A stretch of 64,000 nt of DNA from Gemmatimonadaceae bacterium (GCA_025450035.1 JANWIF010000012.1:7317-71316), one strand, 5' to 3'; positions 37,608-46,639 are shown, counted from the first letter of the stretch. Made by a program: numbers and translations. The notes: a model not told the origin generated them from the letters alone.

Positions 37608-37930
37608 TCGATGACTTTCTCTCCCTCGACATTCGTATCGGCACCATCATCTCGGCCGAGCCGTTTCCCGAGGCTCGCAAGCCTGCGATCAAGTTGCGCA
37701 TCGACTTCGGGCCCGCGCTTGGCGTGAAGCAATCGAGCGCGCAGCTCACTCTTCATTATATACCGGACCAATTGGTTGGGCGGCAGGTCGTAGCGGTGGT
37801 GAATTTTCCACCGCGCCGCATCGCCAGCTTCGCGAGCGACGTGCTCGTACTCGGCGCCATGCCGTCGGAACAAGAGGTCGTGTTGCTGGCCGTGGACCGT
37901 CCCGTGGAGAACGGCACCCGGATTGGCTAG
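37598..37930 (+). CDS. csaA: tRNA-binding (EMAP/CsaA-type) protein
   Basis: [33 protein letters not shown] pattern. GTG 37598 overlaps the DinB stop. Confidence 0.85.
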   Translation: MAIVDDFLSLDIRIGTIISAEPFPEARKPAIKLRIDFGPALGVKQSSAQLTLHYIPDQLVGRQVVAVVNFPPRRIASFASDVLVLGAMPSEQEVVLLAVDRPVENGTRIG

Positions 37931-37987
37931 TGCGCAGAGCGCGCCGCATCCTTGACTTCGATCGTCCACCGGGGTACTTGTTGAATC

Positions 37988-38089
37988 ATGACGATCAACA
38001 CGCATTGCCCATGCAGCATGGTCTGTATGATGTGCTGCGCTGCGGCTACCCATGGGTGGCCGGGCGGACACGTGCATCGCCACTGTTGA
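37988..38089 (+). CDS. Candidate 33-codon leader peptide MTINTHCPCSMVCMMCCAAATHGWPGGHVHRHC (6 Cys, 4 Met, 5 His)
   Basis: ATG..TGA ORF in a 316-bp intergenic region. A C-M-M-C-C codon run at 38024-38038 sits immediately 5' of alternative RNA pairings and a terminator. No SD, so it may be leaderless. Confidence 0.55.
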   Translation: MTINTHCPCSMVCMMCCAAATHGWPGGHVHRHC

Positions 38090-38125
38090 CGTTCACCGTG
38101 ACGACGTGCATTCCGACCGGCCGCT
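38043..38125 (+). promoter_or_regulatory. Candidate attenuator alternative structures (1:2 hairpin and 2:3 antiterminator)
   Basis: 1:2 pairing: 38043-38050 with 38055-38062 (8 bp including 1 G-U, loop CATG). 2:3 pairing: 38056-38067 with 38113-38124 (10 WC + 1 G-U + 1 mismatch). Segment 3 is also the 5' arm of the terminator. Confidence 0.55.
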
Positions 38126-38146
38126 CCCGTAGCGGTCGGTTTTTTT
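38116..38146 (+). terminator. Canonical intrinsic terminator (10-bp stem, 5-nt loop, T7 tract)
   Basis: ACCGGCCGCT-cccgt-AGCGGTCGGT followed by TTTTTT. It is the only hairpin+U-run of this quality I found in the window. Confidence 0.85.
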
Positions 38147-38246
38147 GTCCCGGGGTGCGAACGCGCGCCGGCGCCCGCTGAGAACCTTTCGGACAGCGCA
38201 CGCGTTCGTCACCAGAGCCCATCACCACAAGCACGAGGACTGACCA

Positions 38247-39140
38247 ATGGCAACCGCAACCGCTCCTGTACCGGATCAGACGATTCTCGCCAAGGGATAC
38301 GTCCACCCGGAAGTGCTGGTGTCCACTACCTGGCTCGCGGCGAATCTGGACAACCCATCGATCCGCATCATCGAGAGCGATGAGGATGTGTTGCTCTATG
38401 ACATGGGGCACGTCCCGAACGCGCAGAAGGTCGACTGGCACGCCGACCTGAATGATCCCGTGGTACGGGACTACGTGAGCCGCGAAAAATTCCAGGAGCT
38501 GCTGCGCTCGCGCGGCATCGACGAGACGAAGACCGTGGTGTTCTACGGCGACAAGAACAATTGGTGGGCATCGTATGCGTTCTGGGTGTTCCAGTTGTTT
38601 GGCTTCGACAACGTGCGTCTGCTGGACGGCGGGCGGGTAAAGTGGGAGCAGGAAGGGCGGCGTCTGGTCACCGATGTGCCGAGCTTCCCGCGTACCAACT
38701 ACACGGCGCCCGAGCGGAACGACACGCGCATTCGCGCCTTCCGCGAGGATGCGCTCAGGCATGCGCAGTCCAAGCGCCCGCTCATCGACGTCCGTTCTCC
38801 CGACGAATTCACGGGAAAGAAGACGCATATGCCCGAGTATCCGCAGGAGGGCGTGCTGCGCGGCGGACACATTCCTGGCGCCAAGAATGTTCCGTGGGGA
38901 CGCGCCGCGAACGCCGACGGTACCTTCAAGAGTTCCGCGGACCTTCGTGCGATCTACGAGAAGGAAGTCGGGCTGAAGCCCGCCGATGACGTCATCGCGT
39001 ACTGCCGCATCGGCGAACGTTCATCACACACCTGGTTCGTGCTCCGGTACCTGTTAGGCTACGACACGGTGCGCAACTACGACGGGAGTTGGACCGAGTG
39101 GGGCAACTCGGTACGTCATCCCATCGAGATCGGCGCGTGA
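38247..39140 (+). CDS. Two-domain rhodanese: thiosulfate/3-mercaptopyruvate sulfurtransferase
   Basis: Tandem rhodanese domains and active-site loop [16 protein letters not shown] upstream of ATG 38247. Confidence 0.92.
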   Translation: MATATAPVPDQTILAKGYVHPEVLVSTTWLAANLDNPSIRIIESDEDVLLYDMGHVPNAQKVDWHADLNDPVVRDYVSREKFQELLRSRGIDETKTVVFYGDKNNWWASYAFWVFQLFGFDNVRLLDGGRVKWEQEGRRLVTDVPSFPRTNYTAPERNDTRIRAFREDALRHAQSKRPLIDVRSPDEFTGKKTHMPEYPQEGVLRGGHIPGAKNVPWGRAANADGTFKSSADLRAIYEKEVGLKPADDVIAYCRIGERSSHTWFVLRYLLGYDTVRNYDGSWTEWGNSVRHPIEIGA

Positions 39141-39589
39141 AAACGGTGGGAGATCCTTCCGCCCAACCGGCGGCCGCGGCGAAGCATGCACCCAACCGCA
39201 TCGAAGTGAACTGGCGCGGCGGTCATCGCTTCACCGCGGGCCGGCCGGGCGGCCCAACGCTGCAAGTCGACGGGGACGGCGTGGTGGCGCCGGGCCCTGT
39301 GGACACCATGCTCGCATCGCTCGCCACGTGTGCGGCGGTCGACGTGGTGGACATTCTCGCGAAACGGCGCACCCCCGTGGCCTCGATGCACGTCGAGGTC
39401 GTTGGGACGCGCGTGGAAACCACCCCGCGCCGCCTGCAGCACGTGCTCCTTCGCTTTCGCCTAACTGGCGACGGCATCGACCCCGCCAACGCCGAGCGCG
39501 CCGTGGCGCTGTCGGTCGAGAAGTACTGTTCGGTTCGGTCGTCGCTGGATCGCGACATCAACGTGGAATGGGAGGTGGAGGTGGGATGA
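39137..39589 (+). CDS. OsmC/Ohr-family peroxiredoxin-like protein
   Basis: OsmC pattern with conserved Cys residues ([22 protein letters not shown]). The GTG 39137 start overlaps the rhodanese stop (GTGA). Confidence 0.85.
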   Translation: MKTVGDPSAQPAAAAKHAPNRIEVNWRGGHRFTAGRPGGPTLQVDGDGVVAPGPVDTMLASLATCAAVDVVDILAKRRTPVASMHVEVVGTRVETTPRRLQHVLLRFRLTGDGIDPANAERAVALSVEKYCSVRSSLDRDINVEWEVEVG

Positions 39590-39594
39590 AGCAG

Positions 39595-39710
39595 GCACCA
39601 GGCGAGGGCACGAGGGAAGACGTAGGAGCGGGGAATCAGCAGTTGGAACACTCGCCCCTCGCTTCTCGCTCCTCGTACCTCCCGCCTCTTACCTCTCTTC
39701 TCACCTCTGT
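39595..39710. repeat. Family A polypurine/polypyrimidine hairpin element, copy 3 (between osmC and cysK)
   Basis: Purine arm GGCGAGGGCACGAGGGAAGACGTAGGAGCGGGG and pyrimidine arm CCCCTCGCTTCTCGCTCCTCGTACCTCCCGCCTCTTACCTCTCTTCTCACCTC. Exact 19-nt inverted match to copy 2. Confidence 0.55.
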
Positions 39711-39716
39711 TGTCGT

Positions 39717-40673
39717 ATGACGCTCTACCCTGCGTTTTCCATTTCCTCGGCCATCGGCCGCACGCCGATGGTCCGGCTTCAGCGGGTTGTGGAGCCGGAC
39801 ATGGGCGAGATCTGGGTGAAGGTTGAAGGGACGAACCCGGGCGGGTCGATCAAGGATCGGACAGCACTCGGCATGGTGGTCGACGCCGAGGAGCGGGGGG
39901 TGTTGGCGCCCGGCGGAACCATCGTCGAACCCACATCCGGGAACACGGGCATCGGGTTGGCGCAGGTGGCGGCCGCGCGCGGCTACCGGTTGGTGCTTTG
40001 TTTGCCGGCGCAGATGAGTGAGGAGCGAAAGCGCACGTTGCTGGCGTACGGAGCGGAGCTCGTGCTCACCGACCCCGAGCGCCGCATGCTCGCCGCAATC
40101 GAGGAGGCGGAACGCATTCGCGACACGACAGGCGCGTGGATGCCTAACCAGTTTTCGAACCCGGCCAATCCGCGCATCCATTACTTGATGACGGGGCCGG
40201 AGCTGTGGGAGCAGATGCATGGGCGCATCGATGCCTTCGTCTACGGCTCTGGCACCGGGGGCACGATCACCGGCGTTGGACGCTTCCTGAAGGAGCGCGA
40301 TCGTCGAATCCAGGTCATCACTGTCGAGCCCGCCCGCTCAGCGGTGTTGAGTGGCGGCCAACGCGGGGCGCACCAGTTTCAAGGGATGGGACCGGGTTTC
40401 ATTCCTGACAACCTAGACCGTTCGGTGATCGACCGTGTGGTCACGGCGTGGGAAGAGGACGCATTTCCGCTCGCTCGGCGGCTCGCGCGCGAAGAGGGCC
40501 TGTTCGTGGGCATGTCCAGCGGTGCGATTGCCTTCTGGGCGCGGCGCATCGCGCGCGAGCTCGGTCCCGGCAAGCGCGTGGCAATGATCGCCCCCGACTC
40601 CGGCGCGCGATATCTGTCGACGGCGCTCTTCGAGGACGCGGAGCAGACATCGGGACTCGGGACTGTGGATTAG
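39717..40673 (+). CDS. cysK: Cysteine synthase (O-acetylserine sulfhydrylase)
   Basis: PLP-lysine region NPGGSIKDRTA, plus GNTGIGLA and GTGGTITG. Confidence 0.93.
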   Translation: MTLYPAFSISSAIGRTPMVRLQRVVEPDMGEIWVKVEGTNPGGSIKDRTALGMVVDAEERGVLAPGGTIVEPTSGNTGIGLAQVAAARGYRLVLCLPAQMSEERKRTLLAYGAELVLTDPERRMLAAIEEAERIRDTTGAWMPNQFSNPANPRIHYLMTGPELWEQMHGRIDAFVYGSGTGGTITGVGRFLKERDRRIQVITVEPARSAVLSGGQRGAHQFQGMGPGFIPDNLDRSVIDRVVTAWEEDAFPLARRLAREEGLFVGMSSGAIAFWARRIARELGPGKRVAMIAPDSGARYLSTALFEDAEQTSGLGTVD

Positions 40674-40734
40674 GGATTCTGGACTCGCCCCGACGAGTAC
40701 GGCGGGCCGAGCGCCTTGCGCCGTATCCAGGCGG

Positions 40735-40971
40735 TTACAGATCGAGTCCCGCCTTCCGCAGTTTCGCCAACACCTTTCTTCGTATCAGATTCGGCGCCGG
40801 ATGTTCGCGACGCGTGGCGGCCACGGCATCGAGAAACGTGCGCTCGAAGTCGAACTGCGGATAACACTGCCGGCACTGGGCCAGGTGGCGATGAATTCGC
40901 GCCATGGCCTCGTCGGTCAGCTCGCTGTCGAGATAGTCCCAGAGTTGTCGCACGACTTCGAGGCAGTCCAT
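40735..40971 (-). CDS. Small cytoplasmic ZAS anti-sigma factor (RsrA-like)
   Basis: HLAQCRQC (H-x3-C-x2-C), 78 aa, no TM, 11 nt downstream of the ECF sigma gene. Confidence 0.8.
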   Translation of the reverse strand: MDCLEVVRQLWDYLDSELTDEAMARIHRHLAQCRQCYPQFDFERTFLDAVAATRREHPAPNLIRRKVLAKLRKAGLDL

Positions 40972-40982
40972 GGCAAATCGTC

Positions 40983-41594
40983 CTAACTGACCCCGGTGCA
41001 CGGGACGCCGCTGGTAACGACGAGGCCGGCATCGCGGGCGTATTCGATGAGGGCTTCCTGCAGCAGGCGTCGGCCGCGAAACAGGCGCGAACGAATCGTG
41101 CCCACGGGAACGCCGAGAATCGACGCTGCTTCATTGTACGCCATTCCCTCGACATCGACCAGCACGACCGCCGATCGAAAAACCTCTGGCAGTTCGCCGA
41201 TGGCGCGTTCGAGCGCCGGGGCGAGATCGAGCCGACTGAACAGATCTTCCGCTCCGTCTCCAATCGCGGCGACGCTCACCCGCACCGCGGCCAGTGTTTC
41301 CAGCTGTGCGTCGTCGCCACCGCAGTCGACGCGCTTGCGTTCGCGCTCGCGCACGCGGAGAAAAACATTGCGGCAGATCGTGAACAACCATTTGCGGCAT
41401 TCGCTGCCGGGCTCGAACGTATGCCAGGAGCGGTACGCGCGCAGGAAGGTCTCCTGGACGATGTCGTCCGCGTCGGCCTCATCGCGAGTCATGGAGAGCG
41501 CGAAGCGGTAGACGTCGTCGAGCCAGGGCAGTGCTTCAAGCTCGAAGCGTTTGCCGTCGACGCGATGGGGCTGGGATTGTTGAGTAGTTTGCAT
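40983..41594 (-). CDS. ECF sigma factor (SigR/SigE-like)
   Basis: Region 2 (DADDIVQETFLRAYRSW, WLFTICRNVF) and region 4 (MAYNEAASILGVPVGTIRSRLFRGR). ATG 41594. Confidence 0.88.
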   Translation of the reverse strand: MQTTQQSQPHRVDGKRFELEALPWLDDVYRFALSMTRDEADADDIVQETFLRAYRSWHTFEPGSECRKWLFTICRNVFLRVRERERKRVDCGGDDAQLETLAAVRVSVAAIGDGAEDLFSRLDLAPALERAIGELPEVFRSAVVLVDVEGMAYNEAASILGVPVGTIRSRLFRGRRLLQEALIEYARDAGLVVTSGVPCTGVS

Positions 41595-41890
41595 GATAGG
41601 AGTCCCGTCGTTTCCAGCGCGGTTCCGCGGGCCGTGTTGACTTCGCGACCCAGCGCCGCCAGATGTTACAGGAGTACCCGGGTCTGCAGGAGGAGTGCCG
41701 TGGCGATTCACCTCCTATCTTCCGTCGTAATTCGCGGCCATCGGCTGAACGGATGGCCGCGTGAATCTATCGTTAGTCGTTCGCCACATGCGGAATGTCG
41801 TTCACCATCTTTCTGCCGTCATCTGCCTCATCTTCACCGCTTGGCTCCACGGCGAGGACGTGATTTCTTGACCCTCATGCGGCCGGACAG

Positions 41891-42802
41891 GTGCATGTAA
41901 CAATTCTCGGATCCGCCGCCGGCGGCGGCTTCCCACAGTGGAACTGCTGGTGCCCCACGTGCCGCGTCGGGCGTGCGGACCCGGCGCGCGCCCACGCGCG
42001 CACGCAATCATCGGTGGCCGTCAGCGCCGACACGCGTCGATGGTTTCTGCTCAACGCGTCGCCGGATGTTCACGCGCAGATCGCGCGCCTGCCCAGCGCT
42101 CGCGCGAACGAGGTGCGGTACGTGCCCGTCGAAGGGATCGCACTCACCGATGCCGAGCTGGATCACACGCTGGGCATCGCGCTGCTCCGCGAAGCCGGGG
42201 CGCTGCATCTGTACGCCACGTCTTCTGTGTTAGGCGTGCTCGATCACGATTCACGCGTGCTTCCCGTGACGCGGGCCTTCGCGTGTGTGGACGTGACGAT
42301 CCTCGAGCTCGATGGATTGCCGGCTCCGCTCCGCTATCAGGACGGCTCGACCAGCGGGCTCTCGATTCAGGCCGTCGAGGTGGCCGGCGACCCGCCGCGC
42401 TTCGCCAGCGAATTCGTTCCTGGACACACAGTGGCGCTGGTGGTGCACGACGGCGCGACTGGCGGGACGTGCGCCTTCGTTCCGGGGTGCGGCGCGCTCG
42501 ACGCCGCCCTCCTCGCGCGACTCGCCACCGCCGATCTCGTCGTTCTTGACGGCACATTCTTCACTGACGACGAGCTGCAGCGCCACGGCATCGGCCAGCG
42601 CACGGCGATGCAGATGGGGCACCTGCCCATCGGCGGGCCTAACGGGACGCTGGCAGCCTTCGCCGGCCTCCCGTGCCGTCACAAAGTGTATTCACACATC
42701 AACAACACCAATCTCGTCCTGCTCGAGGATTCCCTCGAGCGCCAGGCCGTCGAGCGCGCGGGCATTCTCGTAGGCCGGGATGGAATGGAGTTTCAGATCT
42801 AG
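41891..42802 (+). CDS. pqqB: Pyrroloquinoline-quinone biosynthesis protein PqqB
   Basis: ILGSAAGGGFPQWNCWCPTC..RTQSSVAVS..WFLLNASPD is the hallmark PqqB N-terminus. GTG start at 41891. Confidence 0.92.
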   Translation: MHVTILGSAAGGGFPQWNCWCPTCRVGRADPARAHARTQSSVAVSADTRRWFLLNASPDVHAQIARLPSARANEVRYVPVEGIALTDAELDHTLGIALLREAGALHLYATSSVLGVLDHDSRVLPVTRAFACVDVTILELDGLPAPLRYQDGSTSGLSIQAVEVAGDPPRFASEFVPGHTVALVVHDGATGGTCAFVPGCGALDAALLARLATADLVVLDGTFFTDDELQRHGIGQRTAMQMGHLPIGGPNGTLAAFAGLPCRHKVYSHINNTNLVLLEDSLERQAVERAGILVGRDGMEFQI

Positions 42803-42803
42803 T

Positions 42804-43556
42804 ATGTCTTCTCTCCTCGATAGGCCCACGCTCTCCGCGCCGCCGCCGCCGCCGATCCCGGTGCTCGATCGTCCGCTCGCCGGCGCCGAGCTTGCCGCTG
42901 CACTGCGCGCGTTCCATTCGTCGTATTACGTGGAGCATCCATTTCACCAGCTGATGCACCAGGGAAAGCTCACGCAGCGCGAGCTGCAGGGATGGGTGGC
43001 CAACCGGCTCGTCTATCAGCGCGCAGTGCCGCTCAAGGACGGGGCGATCCTCTCCAACTGCCCGATTCCCGCGGTGCGGCGTCAATGGATTCAGCGCATC
43101 ATCGACCACGACGGCGCGCGCGAGGGGGAGGGCGGCATCGAGATGTGGGTCCGCCTGGGTATCGGGGTAGGCCTGTCGCGCGAGGAAATGGAGGACGAAC
43201 GCCACGTGCTCCCCGGCGTTCGCTTCGCCGCCGAGGCCTACATCACGTTCTGCAAGACGCATCCATGGGTCGAGTCGGTGGCCGCGTCGCTCACCGAGCT
43301 GTTCGCGCCCGACATCATGCGCCGCCGGTTGTCCGCGCTCCCCGAGCATTATCCGTGGATTCGACCCGAGGCGTACGACTACTTCAAAAGCCGTCTTACT
43401 CAAGCGCCGCGCGACAGCGCGCAGGGCCTGGAGATCGTGACGGCGTATTGCACCACGGTCGACACGCAGCGCAAGGCGTTCGAGGCGCTGCGCTTCAAGA
43501 TCGAGATGCTGTGGGCGATGATCGACACGATCTATCACGCGTACCGCGACGATTAG
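42804..43556 (+). CDS. pqqC: Pyrroloquinoline-quinone synthase PqqC
   Basis: HPFHQLMHQGKLTQRELQGWVANRLVYQRAVPLKDGAILSNCP plus the remainder of the typical PqqC sequence. Confidence 0.93.
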   Translation: MSSLLDRPTLSAPPPPPIPVLDRPLAGAELAAALRAFHSSYYVEHPFHQLMHQGKLTQRELQGWVANRLVYQRAVPLKDGAILSNCPIPAVRRQWIQRIIDHDGAREGEGGIEMWVRLGIGVGLSREEMEDERHVLPGVRFAAEAYITFCKTHPWVESVAASLTELFAPDIMRRRLSALPEHYPWIRPEAYDYFKSRLTQAPRDSAQGLEIVTAYCTTVDTQRKAFEALRFKIEMLWAMIDTIYHAYRDD

Positions 43557-43558
43557 CC

Positions 43559-43834
43559 ATGGCATTCACGTTGGCCTCCCGACCAATGCTCCTGCGCTTC
43601 GCCCGCATCGACTACGACCCGGTGCGGCAGCGGCGCGTGCTGCTCTACCCTGAAGGCGCGGTCATGCTCAACGATACGGCCGCCGAGATTCTGGCCCTCT
43701 GCGACGGCCGGCGCACGATCGATGACATTGCCTCGACGCTCGGGGAAAAGTACCACGCTGACGTCACCGATGACGTGCTCGAATGTCTCGTTAAGTTAGG
43801 CGAGACCGAGCTCGTGCGGGACCTGAGCGTATAG
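43559..43834 (+). CDS. pqqD: PQQ biosynthesis peptide chaperone PqqD
   Basis: VLLYPEGAVMLNDTAAEILALCDGRRTIDDI..L..Y pattern, 91 aa. Confidence 0.88.
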   Translation: MAFTLASRPMLLRFARIDYDPVRQRRVLLYPEGAVMLNDTAAEILALCDGRRTIDDIASTLGEKYHADVTDDVLECLVKLGETELVRDLSV

Positions 43835-43852
43835 CGCCGCGACGCCGACCGA

Positions 43853-45013
43853 GTGTCAGCGCACGCGATCCCGCAGGCGGTCTTTGCCGCCATTGTTTCC
43901 ATCGCCGCCGATGCGATCGTCACGGTAGACGAACGCCACGCCATCGTGCTGTTCAACGAGGGCGCGGAACAGATTTTCGGCTACGTGGCCGCCGAGGCCG
44001 TTGGGCAGTCGCTCGACCTGTTGCTTCCTCCCGAGCTCGCGCAACGCCACGGCGAACACATCCGCCGGTTCGGGCGAAGCGCCGTCATCGCGCGGCGCAT
44101 GGGCGCGCGCGAGGAGATCGTTGGGCGGCGTAAGAACGGTGAGATTTTCCCCGCCGAGGCGTCCATCTCGCGCGTCGACGTCGATGGCACGCGATATTAC
44201 ACCGCCGTCCTCCGCGATGTCACCGAGCGCGATGCCTTACTCAAGCGCGAGCGGTCGCTGCGCGTTGCGGCGGAGGAAGCGGAGGCGGACAACGCGCGAC
44301 TCTACACCGTTGCCCAACAAGCCATCCGCGCACGCGACGAGATACTCGCCGTGGTGTCGCACGATCTCCGGAATCCGCTGAGCGCGATCACGATGTGCGC
44401 CGGTGCATTGCGCGAGCCGGAACCGCCGCGCGCCGAGTCCGTGCGGGAGTTAGGCGAGACCATTGCCCGCGCTACCGAGTGGATGGATCGCATCATTCGC
44501 GACCTGGTGGATGTGGCCAGCATCGAAGCCGGCCGGCTCTCGCTGCGGCGCGAGCGCACGACGGTGGGCGCGATCGTCGAGCAGGCCGTTTTGCTTCTGG
44601 AGCCGCTCTGCGAGGAGCGGCAACTGTCGTTGGGCCGCGAGATCGCGCCCGACCTGCCGATCGTAGCTGCCGATGCCCAACGCATCGTGCAGGTGCTGTC
44701 GAACCTGGTGGGCAACGCCTGCCGGTTTACGCCTCCGGGCGGACGCGTCACCGTGCGCGCCATGCGCGACGACGGCGGTGTGCGCATGTCGGTCGAGGAT
44801 ACCGGCGCCGGGATTCCGGCGGAGGACCAACCGCGTGTGTTCGATCGCTACTGGCACGCCGACCGCGGCACGCGGCGCACCGGCAGCGGGCTCGGCCTGG
44901 CCATCGCGCGCGGGATCGTCGAGGCGCACGGCGGGCGGATGTGGCTGGAGAGCCAGGTCGGACGCGGAAGCGCGTTCTTGTTCACGCTGCCGGCCATCGG
45001 CGCTGTGGCATAA
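43853..45013 (+). CDS. Cytoplasmic PAS-domain sensor histidine kinase (orphan; no adjacent response regulator)
   Basis: PAS region (DAIVTVDERHAIVLFNEGAEQIFGY), H-box VSHDLRNPLSAI, and N/G boxes (NLVGNACRFT, DTGAGI, GSGLGLAI). Starts 18 nt after pqqD. Confidence 0.9.
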   Translation: MSAHAIPQAVFAAIVSIAADAIVTVDERHAIVLFNEGAEQIFGYVAAEAVGQSLDLLLPPELAQRHGEHIRRFGRSAVIARRMGAREEIVGRRKNGEIFPAEASISRVDVDGTRYYTAVLRDVTERDALLKRERSLRVAAEEAEADNARLYTVAQQAIRARDEILAVVSHDLRNPLSAITMCAGALREPEPPRAESVRELGETIARATEWMDRIIRDLVDVASIEAGRLSLRRERTTVGAIVEQAVLLLEPLCEERQLSLGREIAPDLPIVAADAQRIVQVLSNLVGNACRFTPPGGRVTVRAMRDDGGVRMSVEDTGAGIPAEDQPRVFDRYWHADRGTRRTGSGLGLAIARGIVEAHGGRMWLESQVGRGSAFLFTLPAIGAVA

Positions 45014-45163
45014 GGCGCGCGGCGGCTACCCGGAGTCGGCAGCCGCTGATGGTTCCGCATCCCTGGAGCGCACGCATCCGTGATCCGAGTGTATGATTTC
45101 TTCGAGGCCCAAACCCGAGTCCAGACGCCCGACCGTGCTTCCTTCACATCACAACGCCGTAAC

Positions 45164-46639
45164 ATGACCCGTCCGTATGTGCTCGTCCACCTCGCCGCCA
45201 TTGCTGCACTCTGCGTCGCACCGGCGCTGCTTGGTGCCCAACTGACCACGCCACGCACCAGAGCGACGTCCACCTCGCTCACCACGACCGCGGCGTCTGT
45301 CCGGGCGACGCTCGAGAAAGTGATTCACCAGAAGACGCTGGCGAACGGACTGCAGGTCATCGTGATCGAGAACCACGGCGTGCCCCTGGCCACGGTGGAA
45401 ATCGACGTCAAGAACGGTGCCTTCACGCAGAGCCCGGAATACGAGGGGCTGGCGCACATGTACGAGCACATGTTCTTCAAGAGCAATGCGGACTATCCCG
45501 AGCCGGAGCAGTTCGTGCAGCATGCGGCCGACCTGGGTGCGATCTTCAACGGCAGTACACGCGAAGAGGTGGTGAACTACTACCTCACGGTGCCCGCCGA
45601 CAGCGTGCGCGCGGGCCTGCGCTTCCTCGCCTCGGCGTTTCGCAGCCCGCTCTTCCGCTCCGATGAGCTGGAGAGTGAACGACAAGTCGTGCTCGGTGAG
45701 TACGACCGACAGGAATCGAGCCCGTTCTTCCGGTTCACCGACGAGATGAACCACCACCTGTGGCGATCGCAGTACAGCCGCAAGAACATGATCGGCAATC
45801 TCGATGTCGTACTGCACGTCACACCGCAGCAGATGCGCGAGATCCAGCATCGCTACTATATCCCCAACAACGCGGCGCTCATCGTGGCCGGCGACGTCCA
45901 GCCCGACAGTATCTTCGCACTGGCTAACCGGACGTTTGGCAATATACCGCGGGGCCCCGACCCGTTCGTGGCGAACCCCATCCCGGATGTACCGCCACTC
46001 CCCCACGATGACGCGTTGATCGTCGAAGAACCGGTGAGTACGGTGTTCGTGATGGAGCAGTGGTTAGGCCCGAGCGTGCGGAAGGAACCCGAGGCCACGT
46101 TTGCGGCCGACGTGTTTTCCGACGTGATGAACCAGGATGGGTCCACGCTCCAACGGCGGCTCGTGGACAGCGGGCTCTGGCATTCCATCGTCGTCAACTA
46201 CTACACGCTGAATCACACCGGACCCATCACCATCAGCGGCGAGACCACGCCCGACAAGCTGCGCCCAGCGTTAGCCGCGCTCGACGCGGAGATTGCCAAG
46301 TTCGACACGCCGGGCTACTTCAGCGCGGCGGACGTCGCGCTACAAAAGCAACAGCGCATGGTGGGCACCGCGCTGGGTCTCGAGCGCGCGTCAGGCTTCG
46401 CGCACGAGCTCGGGTTCTGGTGGTCGGTCGCCGGACTGGACTACTATCTCGGATACGTGGACAACATGGCGCGGCAAACGCCCGACGACCTTCGCGCCTA
46501 CGTGCGCACGTACATCGCCGGACGACCGCACGTCGTCGGCGTGCTCATCTCACCGGAGGATCGCCGGCAAATCAATCTGACGACGGCCGATCTGCTTCAT
46601 ACCTCGGCGGCCGCGGGCGCGGCGCAGGCGCACCCATGA
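45164..46639 (+). CDS. M16-family zinc peptidase, catalytic subunit, exported
   Basis: HxxEH motif (HMYEH) and signal peptide LVHLAAIAALCVAPALLGA-Q. Confidence 0.88.
   Translation: MTRPYVLVHLAAIAALCVAPALLGAQLTTPRTRATSTSLTTTAASVRATLEKVIHQKTLANGLQVIVIENHGVPLATVEIDVKNGAFTQSPEYEGLAHMYEHMFFKSNADYPEPEQFVQHAADLGAIFNGSTREEVVNYYLTVPADSVRAGLRFLASAFRSPLFRSDELESERQVVLGEYDRQESSPFFRFTDEMNHHLWRSQYSRKNMIGNLDVVLHVTPQQMREIQHRYYIPNNAALIVAGDVQPDSIFALANRTFGNIPRGPDPFVANPIPDVPPLPHDDALIVEEPVSTVFVMEQWLGPSVRKEPEATFAADVFSDVMNQDGSTLQRRLVDSGLWHSIVVNYYTLNHTGPITISGETTPDKLRPALAALDAEIAKFDTPGYFSAADVALQKQQRMVGTALGLERASGFAHELGFWWSVAGLDYYLGYVDNMARQTPDDLRAYVRTYIAGRPHVVGVLISPEDRRQINLTTADLLHTSAAAGAAQAHP

Noticed and set aside
41788-41871. 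27-codon ORF just upstream of pqqB as a possible pqqA.
   Set aside because: The peptide MRNVVHHLSAVICLIFTAWLHGEDVIS lacks the essential Glu-X3-Tyr cross-link motif and the conserved PqqA pattern. It is hydrophobic and probably fortuitous.
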